Part shown: one piece after another, positions 63,633 through 64,000 of the stretch
How positions within the stretch are numbered: the stretch's first letter is position 1
Layout: every line of letters starts with the position of its first letter
From: a virus
IMG/VR virus record: IMGVR_UViG_3300029999_000002
Location: 1 to 64,000 of that record
Length of the DNA: 64,000 nucleotides
Reading direction: 5' to 3' (one strand)
Position numbers and translations under genes: made by a program
Notes under the pieces: generated by a model
Seen by the model: the letters and a program-made list of their open reading frames with translations, nothing else
Database searches by the model: none
Told to the model about the DNA's origin: nothing

Positions 63633-64000
63633 TTCTTGGTCCTCGCTGCAATAAAAGCCATGACCTCTGGCCAGTTACGATTGAAGTGAATTCCCTTGTC
63701 ATCAACCAGCCAGGTGTAGTCAGCCTTGCCTCGGCTGCCATCATCGATCTCGTCATAGGCATAGCCGTGTTCATCGAGCCAAGTCTTCATGGCAACAACT
63801 GACTCACGTTCAAGTGTTGGTGTCTCACGCTTGATATTCGGGTAGAGATCATAGTGCCAGTGACACGTCCTGCAGCTGAAGATCAGGATGAGGTAGCCAA
63901 GGTCTCTGAATAGCTGCAATGCCTCTTTGCCGCCTGGGATCGGTAGGCCACAGAGAGGATAGTTCGAGTCGCAGAGTGTCTTGTCGAAGTCGACAGCAAT
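63620..64000 (-). CDS. HAD-superfamily phosphatase, 5' end outside the window
   Basis: frame open to the window edge: IAVDFDKTL (DxD motif I), IFSCR, K.....VDDK. Confidence 0.8.
   Translation of the reverse strand: MAVDFDKTLCDSNYPLCGLPIPGGKEALQLFRDLGYLILIFSCRTCHWHYDLYPNIKRETPTLERESVVAMKTWLDEHGYAYDEIDDGSRGKADYTWLVDDKGIHFNRNWPEVMAFIAARTKKCQQ

Noticed and set aside
1-64000. Alternative genetic code or stop-codon reassignment
   Set aside because: Core genes are full length in the standard code and use all three stops; the few breaks are frameshifts, not in-frame stops

Overview
The whole window is part of a temperate, HK97/lambda-like siphophage genome larger than 64 kb, seen in its non-integrated form: an intact attP has phage genes on both sides. 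Several small proteins and the style of the integrase suggest an Acidobacteriota host (inference from recalled family resemblance, not a search). Layout: (i) 1-1.6 kb is mostly non-coding, with a cos-like sequence and short repeats. (ii) 1.6-13.7 kb is a minus-strand tRNA-maintenance and replication arm (Pol-beta nucleotidyltransferase, Pth2-like hydrolase, CCA-adding enzyme, RNase HI, dUTPase, ECF-like sigma factor, family A DNA polymerase) with three plus-strand HTH regulators. (iii) 13.8-15.05 kb holds two copies of an ECF-type promoter, each followed by a long, densely structured non-coding segment. (iv) 15-51 kb is the late operon: HNH, terminase, portal, a fused double protease with Cys-rich repeats, capsid, tail, two GIY-YIG endonucleases, lysis genes, and three paralogous fibre-like proteins that unexpectedly carry Sec signal peptides and are bracketed by repeated hairpins. 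(v) 51-56.4 kb has small early genes, xis, attP (a tRNA-Arg 3' end), a tyrosine integrase and a CCA-less tRNA-Arg(UCU). (vi) 56.4-64 kb is a minus-strand arm with a Nudix hydrolase, class II ribonucleotide reductase, Ntn-hydrolase and HAD protein. The strongest novelty candidates are the signal-peptide-bearing fibre cassettes and the two large structured RNAs behind duplicated promoters. All calls were made by eye; no database searches or folding programs were run.
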